Positions 7,662-17,219 of a stretch of 25,186 nucleotides of DNA are shown piece by piece. Under the pieces are notes generated by a model. It saw nothing but the letters and a program-made list of their open reading frames with translations, did no database searches and was not told the DNA's origin. The stretch is from UHGV virus genome UHGV-1407433; one strand, given 5' to 3'. The DNA is from a virus. Both the position numbers and the translations under genes were made by a program. The stretch's first letter is position 1; every line of letters starts with the position of its first letter.

Positions 7662-9971
7662 TTACCTGCGATTGGTCGCATTCCAGATAAGCCCACCGGG
7701 CTGGATTGCCCTGGCGATACCATCGTTGACAGATTTGTTAATCACCTGCTGATACGCCTTACCCAGCCTGTCTCCGTCGTTTTGCTGCTGTGCGTTACCG
7801 GAAGCATTCTCGACCGTCACCGGGGCATATACACTGACACCGAAAGGTGCTGCAGCCGGGCCTGTACCACCGCCCCCGACATACCCACCCGTGGCATACC
7901 CTTTCATCATCCGGTAAAGATTGCCGACGCCGATCCGGCTGGTAGCCTCTTTGGTGAAAACAAATTCACCACGGTGAACGACACCTGCAGGTTCATATTT
8001 CCCGCCTGAACCGGTATAACCGCCACCTGCAAATCCCAGCGCGGTTGTCGCTGAATCCACCAGGCCTACCATCGCCTGTTTCAGCAGGATCTGTGTCAGC
8101 ATGGAGAGCGTGGAGCGGGTGAAGTCAGCCCAGTCAGCCTTTCCGCGCGTCAGCATGTCAGCCATATTTTGCCCGATGCCATCAAACGCACTGGTGGCAG
8201 CCGACTTCATCTGGCCATAAGCATCTGAAGCAGAATCAACATAATCTGCCCATGCGGATTTGGCTCCGGACTGCCAGTCGTCCCGCAGCTTATCCTGCTC
8301 GGCGTAATACGCCTGCAGCGCCTGCAGCTCATTCTGATAACCAGCATCGTTCTCCGAACCACCACCATTTTTCCAGCCCTGAAGAAGCTGGGCCTCTTCA
8401 TTGCGACGTTGTGCTGCACGACTGCTCATACCAGCACTTTCCGCAAGGGCTCGGGTTTTCTCGCCGATCTGCGTGACGTATTTTTGGGACGTATCCTGCA
8501 GGCGATTAAGCCGCTCCTGCGCCACTATCTGATCGCCGAGCTTCGCATTCAGCTCCGCACGGGAAAGCACCTCACTTTTACTGGCCAGCAGGGATTTTTC
8601 CTCAGCAGAAAGCGTTCGGGTCTTCGCGGCCTCTTCCAGAACCGTAAAGCGGGACTGCTGACGCCACAGCTCCTGACGCTGCTGGCTGATGGTGTCATTG
8701 ATGCTCTTATGCTCCTGCAGGGTGCGCAGCTGTGTCTGTAGCTCCAGCGTCTGGGCACTGGCCGTATCGGTGGCACGGGCACCTGCGGGGGTTCTGATTG
8801 CCGGGGTCTTCTTCGGCTTTTTAAGGGTGTCTTCGTACTCTTTTTTCGCGGCGGCCAGGTTGATGTTGTAGTCAGCCTGGAGGATCCGCCCCTCTTTCAG
8901 AGCCTTATTGAGCTCGCTCTGCCTGGCCGTGTATTTCTCAAGGGCAGTTTGGGTTTTGGCATAGTTGGCCTGAGCCTGCGCGGCATATTTCTGACGATCG
9001 GACTCTGCGACCGCTTCACGGGAAGCATTCTCTTCGTTCGCTTTGGCAATACCAGCCTGCTGCTGCGCCATATCCAGCGCAAGCCTGGCCGTTTCACGAT
9101 CATTCCAGAACCGGGCGCGGGCCTCATCATTCACATAATGATCGCCTTTACGCAGATTCCAGATTTCATCAGCCTTTTTAAACGCGGCCTGGGCTTTTGC
9201 CACCATCTCCTGGGCGGTGTCAGGTCTGCCAATATCAAGTGCAGCATCCCACATCGACTTGAAGGCACGCTTCAGGGAATCCGCTGAAGACTCAATCGTC
9301 CCCATATTGTCGCGGATGGCCTTGGTCTGATCGTTGAATCCGGCAGTAGCAGCCTGATTAGCCGCCTGCAGTGCGCCAGCCTCATCACCGGCACGCTGCA
9401 GCTGTGCCACATGGGCAATCTGTTCGGCCGTAACGTTGTGGAACTGCTGAGCCATCGCGATCAGGCCTGATGTAGGGTCAGTAGTGAGCTTGCCGTATGC
9501 GGCTGCGACTTTTTCCACCGGCACGCCGGAGGCATCAGTAAATCGCGCCACCGCCTGGCTCATTTCATCAAAGCGCGAACTCGCGCCCACCCCCGCGTTG
9601 ATAAGCTCGCTCAGGGCTTCGCTGGTCTGATTGAACGTCAGCCCCGCTGCCTGGCCGTTTCGTGCCAGCGCCAACATACGATCGGCAGTCAATCCGGCCG
9701 TGTTCCCCGACAGTACCAGCGTTTTGTTGAAGTCAGATAGTGTGGATGAGCCCTGGTACCAGGCATAGAACAGCGCACCCGTTGCGGCGGACAGCGCACC
9801 GATGCCGACCATCAACGGTGAGATCGTACCCAGTAAGGCCCGGAATGTTGGTATTATCCCGCCAAAGGAGTCCTTAACCTGACCGCCCTGCTGAAGCAGA
9901 ATCAGCCATGGGTTCTGCCCGCCCGCTAGCTGCGTAGCTATATCGGTAAACTGCGCCGGAAGCATACGCAT
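7662..9971 (-). CDS. H: tail tape measure protein H, 5'-truncated by deletion
   Basis: From [47 protein letters not shown] onward it is collinear with lambda gpH from about residue 60 ([31 protein letters not shown], recalled). The first ~23 codons of the track ORF (10067..9999) are only the G remnant read in another frame. The first ATG within H-homologous sequence is 9971, 7 nt after the G-remnant stop. Confidence 0.85.
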   Translation of the reverse strand: [769 protein letters not shown]

Positions 9972-9978
9972 TGCTGCG

Positions 9979-10089
9979 TTATACTGGCCTATTGAAATAT
10001 TCGAGGTATTCAATACGCTGCAGCGCCGACAGCTGGAACAATGTGACGCTGCTGCCGTTACTTTCAAGCAGCTCGCTCTTTAGAAACAT
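9979..10089 (-). pseudogene. G: remnant of tail assembly chaperone gene G (36 codons)
   Basis: Absent from the ORF track. GGAG precedes ATG 10089. MFLKSELLESNGSSVTLFQLSALQRIEYLEYFNRPV* compares with lambda gpG MFLKTESFEHNGVTVTLSELSALQRIEHL (recalled). The frame then runs into H-derived sequence and stops at 9981..9979. No G body, slippery site or T frame follows. Confidence 0.8.
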
Positions 10090-10125
10090 AATTACTCCGG
10101 GGGAACGGGGCTTTCGCCCCGGTTA

Positions 10126-10863
10126 TCAGGAAACAGTGACTTTGCAGATCGCCACAAAGTTACCGTCATTGCTCATTACGATGATCTCGACGGTGCCTGC
10201 CGCCACGCCGGTAACAGTCAGGGTATTGCCGCTGACGGTGACCGTTGCTTTTGACGGATCAGAACTGGCTACGCGGAAAGACTTATCTGAAGCACTTGCT
10301 GGCAGGACAGAAACAACCAGTTGCGTCGTGGCCGCGACAGCCACAGCCGCCGTGGATTTATCCAGGCTGATCCCCGTAACGGCAATCGGCGCGGTACCAC
10401 TGTCTTCGGCCAGCGATGGTTTGCCATTGTTGGTGATTTTTGCCGTGCGGGTCATGACCTCTTTAGACGAGATGGTCTTGCCGAGACTGCTCACCCAGCC
10501 CTTAAAGACATCGACAACACCATTCGGATATTTGATTTTATACCCCTTCACGGTGCCTTCATCGAACCAGTTCACCAGGTCCTGCTGACCGGAATCCTCC
10601 GGCATCCATGCGAGCGTCAGGTTTGTTTCACCGGCTGATTTCTGCCCCTGCATCGTTGATGTCCAGTCGGCATTCTCATCATCGATGTAGGTGTCATCTT
10701 CCGATTCAGCTGTCAGTTCTCCGGGCTGCAGGTCTTTAATCTTTGCCAGGCGCAGCCAGTCAACGTCTGAAAGCGGATTGGCGTATGGATCACCAGTTCC
10801 GGTGTAAACCCAGAGGGTGGTACCAGCACCTTTTGTTGGTGCCAGCGGGTTTGGTGTGGCCAT
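10126..10863 (-). CDS. V: major tail protein V with C-terminal Ig-like (Big_2) domain
   Basis: [44 protein letters not shown] is near-identical to lambda gpV as recalled. The C-terminal ...[35 protein letters not shown] is a Big_2-type Ig domain. Confidence 0.95.
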   Translation of the reverse strand: MATPNPLAPTKGAGTTLWVYTGTGDPYANPLSDVDWLRLAKIKDLQPGELTAESEDDTYIDDENADWTSTMQGQKSAGETNLTLAWMPEDSGQQDLVNWFDEGTVKGYKIKYPNGVVDVFKGWVSSLGKTISSKEVMTRTAKITNNGKPSLAEDSGTAPIAVTGISLDKSTAAVAVAATTQLVVSVLPASASDKSFRVASSDPSKATVTVSGNTLTVTGVAAGTVEIIVMSNDGNFVAICKVTVS

Positions 10864-10870
10864 AGGGTCC

Positions 10871-11269
10871 TCACATGTCGTAAGTAATGGAATATTTCAG
10901 GTCGGCAGAACTCCACAGCGCCATATCGTCATCGCGCTGGTAGTCATAGCCCTGCTGAACCATTGTGGTGATAAGAGATTCAAGCCCCGGAACCTCTGCG
11001 AGAACCGGATACACTCTCGTCTCCATCCAGTCATCCAGATCAGAATCAGGTACCTGAGCCTCAAGAAAGACTTCGATATGCAGAATGGCCTGCCAGCTAT
11101 CGGCGTCCAGTTCTTCCCCTGTGTATTCCGCATCTGTCAGGTAGACGGCAACAGCGGGAAAATCACCCTCTTCGAGCACTGCAGGTCTGCCGTCAAAATA
11201 AATGACATCAGTACCAATCGCGCTTTCCAGCGCGTCAATAATCACCTTGCGAATATCGCTGTGTTTCAT
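10871..11269 (-). CDS. U: tail terminator protein U
   Basis: 132 aa. [31 protein letters not shown] and [15 protein letters not shown] match lambda gpU as recalled. Confidence 0.95.
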   Translation of the reverse strand: MKHSDIRKVIIDALESAIGTDVIYFDGRPAVLEEGDFPAVAVYLTDAEYTGEELDADSWQAILHIEVFLEAQVPDSDLDDWMETRVYPVLAEVPGLESLITTMVQQGYDYQRDDDMALWSSADLKYSITYDM

Positions 11270-11820
11270 CGTGTCAGAATTAACCTGAGTTGGTTGGTAA
11301 GGGATGCCCGGAGCTCTTTGGGCATATCTGACTCCATGAGCTTCGGCAGTTCTTCTTTAAATGCCGTAGTTAATGGAGCTGCCAGCGGGATGCTGACCAC
11401 TTCAATGGGGTAACGAGGTTTTGAAGTCCGCCTCATGACATGCCAGCGACCATTTTTAAGTTGCTGGATAAAGCCGCCCGGAAAACGAAATGGCCCTATG
11501 CGCAGAACGCTGTTGGCCCCTTTCTTGTCCCGTTTTCTGCGGGAAAGTCGCACGCTTGCGGTACCGAGTTTAATGGCCGGTAAATTTCCCCGGTTTACCC
11601 GGATAAGTGCACGAGGTCTATTGACCGTCGCACGCTTCACCCTGGCGCGTTGCTTTACCAGTTTTCGCGGTACGCGCGTATCTTTTGATACGACTGCCAC
11701 GCTGCGGCTGACGGCCCGGTTTGCCACGCGGTTAACGGCCTGCGCCGATGCCCGCGGAACAGCCGTTTTGCTGATGCTGTTAAGGTTTTCTATGGCCTGT
11801 TCAAGGCCTTTTATGGACAT
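11266..11820 (-). CDS. Z: tail completion protein Z
   Basis: 184 aa. MSIKGLEQAIENL... and FIQQLKNGRWHVMRR match lambda gpZ as recalled. Confidence 0.9.
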   Translation of the reverse strand: MSIKGLEQAIENLNSISKTAVPRASAQAVNRVANRAVSRSVAVVSKDTRVPRKLVKQRARVKRATVNRPRALIRVNRGNLPAIKLGTASVRLSRRKRDKKGANSVLRIGPFRFPGGFIQQLKNGRWHVMRRTSKPRYPIEVVSIPLAAPLTTAFKEELPKLMESDMPKELRASLTNQLRLILTR

Positions 11821-11829
11821 ATGCGCTCC

Positions 11830-12183
11830 TTAACGGCGACGCGAAGATGCAGGTGGAGAGCCGTTACCCAGACAGATATGACAGGAGCCACAGTCATCCG
11901 GACCAATACGTTCAACCCAGAATTGCCGACCGTTAATCGTCAGCGTGTCCATACGCTGCAGCTGCCTGACAGTGGCGGTTTCCACAAACAGGGTCGGGCT
12001 GGTTCCTTCAACACGAATCCCGGCACCGGCATATCCGATATTTTCTGGATCATCGAATACACCGACCAGGGTGGCACCTGACAAAGCGCCTGACATCACC
12101 TTTGCCTCTGTGCCCATCACACCACGGATAGCGCTATCAGCTCGCGACATGGCCTCGTCAAAGAGATTATCGAAATCAGCCAT
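11830..12183 (-). CDS. FII: head-tail joining protein FII
   Basis: 117 aa. MADFDNLFD...GVFDDPENIGYAG...GSCH is near-identical in pattern to lambda gpFII as recalled. Confidence 0.95.
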   Translation of the reverse strand: MADFDNLFDEAMSRADSAIRGVMGTEAKVMSGALSGATLVGVFDDPENIGYAGAGIRVEGTSPTLFVETATVRQLQRMDTLTINGRQFWVERIGPDDCGSCHICLGNGSPPASSRRR

Positions 12184-12193
12184 GTGGCCCCCT

Positions 12194-12619
12194 TCAGACT
12201 TCGAAAGCCAGCCCCTTTGCGATCAAGTCGTCGGCATCCTGTTCAGATACGCGGATAATCACACCAGGCTCTACGATAGATACCGGCTCGTTACGCGTGG
12301 CATGCAGAGCGTCAATATGCAGGGTGGCCAGCGTTTCTACTGATACCAGGTCACCCGTTGTGGCCGATTCCGTTTTTACTTTTGCCACGTTAGCAACATT
12401 GTTGTCGGTGCTGTCGGTGCTGTCGGTGCTGTCGGTGCTGTCGGAAGCATTCTGCACGCCGTTTTCACCGTCAACTGACCCGGCATTGCCATCCAGTTCC
12501 TCTTCAAGCTCAGCAATACGCATCGTCAGTTCCTGAATGGTGCCGCTGGTACTGACCTCGCGGTTAAGCTGGGTCCCAAGTTCATTCAGGCGGGCGACCA
12601 GCTTTTCTTTTTCTGTCAT
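12194..12619 (-). CDS. FI: DNA packaging accessory protein FI
   Basis: The likely start MTEKEKLVARLNELGTQLNREV is at 12619. The C-terminal LHIDALHATRNEPV matches lambda gpFI LHTDALHATRDEPV (recalled). The central acidic linker contains the (STD)n repeat. Confidence 0.9.
   Translation of the reverse strand: MTEKEKLVARLNELGTQLNREVSTSGTIQELTMRIAELEEELDGNAGSVDGENGVQNASDSTDSTDSTDSTDNNVANVAKVKTESATTGDLVSVETLATLHIDALHATRNEPVSIVEPGVIIRVSEQDADDLIAKGLAFEV
12404..12445. repeat. 9 bp tandem repeat (GTCGGTGCT, about 4.7 copies) inside FI
   Basis: The repeats are read directly as gtcggtgct x4 followed by gtcgga. On the coding strand this encodes SDSTDSTDSTDSTD in the FI inter-domain linker. Confidence 0.95.
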
Positions 12620-12664
12620 GGGAAATACTCCAGAAAGGTGGCCCGACAGGGCCACTGGGGGAAG

Positions 12665-13690
12665 TTATGCCAGTTTGACGGAGACGAATGCGTCAGGGTC
12701 TGGCAGCAGCATCAGCGGAGCTGACTGAATCATGGTGAATTCGCGCGCCGGATCCCCCGACTGCACCCAGTTTTTCGGGTAGCGTGTCGAGGCATTGATA
12801 CCTTCGCGCTGGGCATCAGCATCAAGAATGCAGCCATAGGTACGCAGGCCACGAGCCTGGGTATTCCCCAGCACCATTGTCAGGTCCGGCAGATAATTCT
12901 TTTTGACGTCGTTTTCGACGTACTGGCCGGAGTACACCACGATGGCCACATCGCCAAACATCCCCTTGTATGAAACAGCCATACCCAGGTCTTTCACGGC
13001 AGTTTCCAGCTCAGAGTTAGAACCACGACGCGTATCCAGCTTCTTCTCAACAGCCTTGAAGGAACGGAACAGCGCCCAGCCTTTCGGATCGAACACAATG
13101 ATGTTGACCACACCGCTGGCGTTGAGCGCGTAGGCTTCAATGTCATCGGTCGGGTCATACGTTTCTTTGTCGCGGGTTGACCATGCAGCCGCACCGGCCT
13201 GGACAATGTTGTTACCAGCGCTGCGGCCCATATCGACTTCAACAGGCTCGAACGCTTCCCCGGTCATGGTGTATTTACCGCTGAGCACCGCCGAAACAGC
13301 CTGTTTCTCTTCGACCTGAGCAATCGCCAGCTCTTCATCCTTCATGTTCTGAAGGATAATGCGGCGACGGCGATAGACCGGGTCAGCGAGATTCTGCGGA
13401 TCCTCATCCGGCAGGCGGCGGAGAGTCATCAGTGGGTTAACTTCGTGTTTCGGCTTCACATAACCCGGCGTGAATTCAGACGTGCTGCCGCCACGGGAGC
13501 GGATCACTTTGCCGGAGACAATCGGCGAGACGTAAAGCGCCATATTGACCAGGCCAGGAATTTGCGACAGGTAAACCTTCTCTGTACTGAAGGGATAGGT
13601 TTCGCGGAAAAAGATACGCAGGAAAAGCGGATCGAATTTGAATTTCTTCTCATTGACCGCCAGCAGTTGGGCAGTGGTGTAAACGGACAT
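12665..13690 (-). CDS. E: major capsid protein E
   Basis: 341 aa, collinear and highly similar to lambda gpE throughout as recalled (MSVYTTAQLLAVNEKKFKFDPLFLRIFFRE...TMIQSAPLMLL). Confidence 0.97.
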   Translation of the reverse strand: MSVYTTAQLLAVNEKKFKFDPLFLRIFFRETYPFSTEKVYLSQIPGLVNMALYVSPIVSGKVIRSRGGSTSEFTPGYVKPKHEVNPLMTLRRLPDEDPQNLADPVYRRRRIILQNMKDEELAIAQVEEKQAVSAVLSGKYTMTGEAFEPVEVDMGRSAGNNIVQAGAAAWSTRDKETYDPTDDIEAYALNASGVVNIIVFDPKGWALFRSFKAVEKKLDTRRGSNSELETAVKDLGMAVSYKGMFGDVAIVVYSGQYVENDVKKNYLPDLTMVLGNTQARGLRTYGCILDADAQREGINASTRYPKNWVQSGDPAREFTMIQSAPLMLLPDPDAFVSVKLA

Positions 13691-13703
13691 AGATTTTTCC
13701 CGT

Positions 13704-13728
13704 AAAAAAAGCCGCGCAAGCGGCTTTT
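13704..13728 (-). terminator. intrinsic terminator-like hairpin in the D-E intergenic spacer
   Basis: On the minus strand, GCCGC-TTGC-GCGGC is followed by TTTTTTT and preceded by AAAA. It sits in a 67 bp D-E gap. In lambda, as I recall, D and E are almost contiguous. Confidence 0.55.
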
Positions 13729-13757
13729 ATGAATGATGATGGTTGTAGAAATGCGGA

Positions 13758-14090
13758 TTAAACGATGCTGATTGCAGTACCGGCGAACGCGTTACGTTTA
13801 ATGTTGTCGTCGGTGACGGCAGATGGCCAGAGGACATCTTCAATACGGAAAGAGCCAGATTTGTAATATGCCAGTTCCGCGCTGTTCTGGTCTGCGGTTA
13901 CAGCCAGAACGCCCACAGCCTCGCCAGCATGAGTACCATCCCAGGCGGTCAGCTTGCCAGAGGTAGCATCCAGCATGAGCGGTGTCATGGCTGGGGTGGA
14001 TGCCGTCAGTTCGCCTGGACCATACGCGGTGTGCGCCGGGTCGCTGTTACCAAGCGGCTGGGTATGTGTGAAAACTTCGGTAATTACCAT
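13758..14090 (-). CDS. D: head decoration protein D
   Basis: 110 aa. GNSDPAHTA...TPLMLD...FAGTAISIV matches lambda gpD as recalled. Confidence 0.95.
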   Translation of the reverse strand: MVITEVFTHTQPLGNSDPAHTAYGPGELTASTPAMTPLMLDATSGKLTAWDGTHAGEAVGVLAVTADQNSAELAYYKSGSFRIEDVLWPSAVTDDNIKRNAFAGTAISIV

Positions 14091-14099
14091 GATTGCCTC

Positions 14100-14513
14100 T
14101 TAAACGGGAGTATTTAACAAATCATCAACGGAATCAGTCGATGCGTTGCCTGCTGATACTGCACCTGGTGCAGCTTCCATCAGGCGATCCAGTGCCGTAT
14201 CGGTACGCGCCTGGGCACTTTGCGGTGCAGCAGCCAGAATGCGCTGTGCGCTCTCGACCGTCATTCCCGGCGTTTCGGCCAGTACGCGAGCCTGTGACTC
14301 TCGCCCTTTCGCCTCTTCGCAGTTCAGGATCCCCATGATGCGACCGTTCTCTGCTGCTACTGCTGCAGAGACCTGAGCACTCACATCTACTGGAGACATT
14401 GCGGCAGTAGTGGTTGCGTCAACCGTGGTGACCTGCTCAGCCGGTGCAGTAGTCTGAGTAGCTGACTGGTCGGCTGGATTATTGGTCGCTGCAGATGCAG
14501 AAGGTGATGGCAT
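14100..14513 (-). CDS. Nu3: scaffolding protein Nu3, nested in frame in the 3' third of C
   Basis: In-frame ATG at 14513 (MPSPSASAATNN...) follows GGAGG by 4 nt. This parallels the lambda C/Nu3 nested arrangement. The C-terminal NCEEAKGRESQARVLAETPGMTVESAQRILAAAP is conserved with lambda. Confidence 0.6.
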   Translation of the reverse strand: MPSPSASAATNNPADQSATQTTAPAEQVTTVDATTTAAMSPVDVSAQVSAAVAAENGRIMGILNCEEAKGRESQARVLAETPGMTVESAQRILAAAPQSAQARTDTALDRLMEAAPGAVSAGNASTDSVDDLLNTPV

Positions 14514-15443
14514 AGTTCCTCCAAGGGTTGTTTTTTTGCGTCTGTCGAGTGCTTCGCGCATCACGCCGAGCGCATCGGTATTGTTAACAAGTTCATCCGC
14601 CAGCCCGTTATCCACGGACTCCTGGCCGGAAAATACTGCCGCTTCGGTGTTCAGTACGTCCTGAACGGACATACCGGTATAAGCGGAAACTTTTTCGGCA
14701 AACATCTGACGGGTGGCATCGATACGCGTCTGGAAATCAGCACGCACATCTTCAGGGAGCTTTTCGTAAGGGTTGCCGTCGACCTTGTGATCTCCGCTGT
14801 AAATCAGCGTGACCTCAACGCCGTTAGTTTTTAGCGCAGCACCATAGTTGCTGTGCGCCATCATTACCCCGATGGAGCCGGTTCTGGCCGTTTGCGTGAC
14901 CAGCCGTCGCGATGCCGAACTAGCAATAAGCTGACCTGCACTGCAGTTCATGTCATTGGCCAGCGCCCAGATGGGTTTGATATCGCGCATACGGGCAATA
15001 ATGTCAGCGCAGTCAAATGCCCCTGACACCATTCCACCCGGCGTATCCATGTCCAGCAGAATGCCGTCGACGCCGGGGTCACTGATGGCCTGCTGCAGGC
15101 GAGCGATGATCCCGTTGTAACCCGTCATCCCGGAATAAGGCTGCAGCGCACGGGTTTTACTCACCAGAGTGCCGGAAACCGGCAAGACCGCGATACCATT
15201 TGCCACCTGATAGCTGCGCGATGGTCGGGGTTCCATGTCATCATCATCACCAAACAGTGCCAGCGGTTCGGCTATTTGTCCGGCATCAAGCGTGATGCCG
15301 GAGACGGTATCTGTCAGCCGGGTGATGCCCAGCTGGCCAGCCAGTGCGCAAAAGAAAACCCGCGCGTAGGCGGGTTCAAGCATCAGCGGCTCATTAAAGG
15401 CCATACTGGCGATATGCGGAAGATTACGCAGCTCGTGCGCCAT
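14100..15443 (-). CDS. C: head maturation protease C (S49/ClpP-like)
   Basis: 447 aa. [36 protein letters not shown] and the S49 core (ALQPYSGMTGYNGI...DMDTPGGMV...NDMNCSAGQ) match lambda gpC as recalled. Confidence 0.95.
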   Translation of the reverse strand: MAHELRNLPHIASMAFNEPLMLEPAYARVFFCALAGQLGITRLTDTVSGITLDAGQIAEPLALFGDDDDMEPRPSRSYQVANGIAVLPVSGTLVSKTRALQPYSGMTGYNGIIARLQQAISDPGVDGILLDMDTPGGMVSGAFDCADIIARMRDIKPIWALANDMNCSAGQLIASSASRRLVTQTARTGSIGVMMAHSNYGAALKTNGVEVTLIYSGDHKVDGNPYEKLPEDVRADFQTRIDATRQMFAEKVSAYTGMSVQDVLNTEAAVFSGQESVDNGLADELVNNTDALGVMREALDRRKKTTLGGTMPSPSASAATNNPADQSATQTTAPAEQVTTVDATTTAAMSPVDVSAQVSAAVAAENGRIMGILNCEEAKGRESQARVLAETPGMTVESAQRILAAAPQSAQARTDTALDRLMEAAPGAVSAGNASTDSVDDLLNTPV

Positions 15444-17016
15444 CTTGCTCCTCCTCGTTTGATTTTTTCAGTCCAGCCTCAAAAGCGGCAGCGGCCCATC
15501 CCGGTGGTTTCAAACCCGCAGCACGACGCTCCATTGTTTCCCGGACCTGCTGGGCAAAAATCTCCTGATAATCATCACCGCGTTTGGCGCACTCTTTCTC
15601 ATACGTGCTGAGACCAGCCTCAATAAGCATGACGGCTTCCTGCACCTCTTTCAGCCCGTCAATCGCCATCCGGCCAGAGCCAATCCAGCTGGCGTTCCCC
15701 CAGGCTGTTCGAGCCTCCTGGAAACTGAAACGGGCTTTCGAAGGAAGCGTGACCACCCTTCTGGCAATTGCTTCTTCCAGCCAGCAAAGAAACATCTGGC
15801 AGGCCTGTCGGGACGCAACAAACTTGCGACGCCCCATAAAGTACGCCCAGGACTCGTTAGCACTTGCGCGTGCGGTCGAGTAGCTCATCTGCGAATAGTT
15901 TCGCGAAAGCTGCTCATACGACACACCAAGCCCAGCGGCAATATAACGCAGCAGGGACTGTTCAAAAGTCGAGTAGCCGTTATCGGTATCCTGCGCCGAC
16001 TGAAGGTTGAGAGAATCACCCGGCAACAGGTGTGGAACCCTTGCCCCACCCAGGCGAACCGGCGCAGCTGAGTAATAGGACGCCATTTCACCGAGCCAGC
16101 CCGTAAGTTTGCTCTGCTGCTCTTTATTATCCGCGCCGAGAATAAAGTCCATCGCCGATTGGGTATCCAGTTCACTCTCGATGGTAGCGGCATACATAGC
16201 CTTCACTATCGCGCTCTGGAGCTGGGTATTTTGCAGGGTATCGAGCATTTTCATCTGCTCCATCACGCTGTAAAACGCATTAGCCCCACGGGTCTGTCCA
16301 TCCTCCATCGGTTCGAATACATGGATAAACGAGGGGCGGCCACCAGGAAGCTCGCGCGGAATATAGGTCCAGTTCTGTGACATCCAACCGGGATATCCGT
16401 CGTCGCTGACGTAATATCCCAGCGCAGCACCACTATTATTGATTTTTACCCCAGCGCGACAGTTCCGGGTATCACCGATATTGTTTGGATTACTGACGCG
16501 CTTCGGACTGACCATTTTGAACTGAGTACGGAAAAGACGCGTTGAATCGCTGTCCCATGTCGCCTGCATGCATAATTCACCGTTAAACGCATGCATGGCC
16601 ACACCTTCACGGATCATCATCGTAAACGTTCGCTTACGCTCGGCATCAATCCCGCAAAAGTCGTCCTCGGCATACTCATTCCATGCAGCTTCCACATCCC
16701 GCGAGAATGCCCGTGAATCCTCCTCATTTATTCCCAGATAACGCCAGCTTGGTCGATAACTGAGTCTGAAAAATGACCCGACGATGTGGTCCTGGTGGAG
16801 CTGCACGGCGTTTGCCGCGTAGCCATTATTTCGCACCAGATCGTCAGCGCGGGCATTTCCGCGAGAATAGTTGGGTAGGAGTGCGGCATCTGCACTTTCA
16901 CTCGGCGGATTCCAGCCTCGCAGCTGCCCACCAAACCCGCCTCCACCGCCATGATATCCTGCGTATTCCCGAAGGGATGTTTTCCCGTCAGGTCCCACCA
17001 AAGATGGTATTTTCAT
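15424..17016 (-). CDS. B: portal protein B
   Basis: 530 aa, a lambda-type portal at the expected position between W and C, and close in size to lambda gpB. Confidence 0.95.
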   Translation of the reverse strand: MKIPSLVGPDGKTSLREYAGYHGGGGGFGGQLRGWNPPSESADAALLPNYSRGNARADDLVRNNGYAANAVQLHQDHIVGSFFRLSYRPSWRYLGINEEDSRAFSRDVEAAWNEYAEDDFCGIDAERKRTFTMMIREGVAMHAFNGELCMQATWDSDSTRLFRTQFKMVSPKRVSNPNNIGDTRNCRAGVKINNSGAALGYYVSDDGYPGWMSQNWTYIPRELPGGRPSFIHVFEPMEDGQTRGANAFYSVMEQMKMLDTLQNTQLQSAIVKAMYAATIESELDTQSAMDFILGADNKEQQSKLTGWLGEMASYYSAAPVRLGGARVPHLLPGDSLNLQSAQDTDNGYSTFEQSLLRYIAAGLGVSYEQLSRNYSQMSYSTARASANESWAYFMGRRKFVASRQACQMFLCWLEEAIARRVVTLPSKARFSFQEARTAWGNASWIGSGRMAIDGLKEVQEAVMLIEAGLSTYEKECAKRGDDYQEIFAQQVRETMERRAAGLKPPGWAAAAFEAGLKKSNEEEQDGARAA

Positions 17017-17219
17017 ACGTAAAACCCTGCTGGCCCCCGGCGTCGTGATGTGGTGCCAACCTGAGATTCAAGGTCAGCAATATATTTTTTGAGATCGCTG
17101 ACTGAAGTGGCTGTAAATTCCACTCTTCGACCGTCTTTCTGTACCGTCGCCACGCGCTTTCCCATCATCAGGTCATGTAACGCAGCGCGCGCGGCATCCA
17201 GTTCAGTCTGTGTTGCCAT
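17013..17219 (-). CDS. W: head completion (head-tail connector) protein W
   Basis: 68 aa. [40 protein letters not shown]...[10 protein letters not shown] is near-identical to lambda gpW as recalled. Confidence 0.95.
   Translation of the reverse strand: MATQTELDAARAALHDLMMGKRVATVQKDGRRVEFTATSVSDLKKYIADLESQVGTTSRRRGPAGFYV

Noticed and set aside
9999-10067. TTG-initiated 5' extension of the tape measure ORF (MKVTAAASHCSSCRRCSVLNTSN)
   Set aside because: This is the G remnant read out of frame. It has no SD and a Cys/Ser/Arg-rich composition, and H homology begins only at about 9998.
12404-12445. Tandem repeats considered as a possible CRISPR or mini-array
   Set aside because: The 9 bp units are contiguous with no spacers, in frame, and lie inside the FI coding sequence. 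This is a coding microsatellite.
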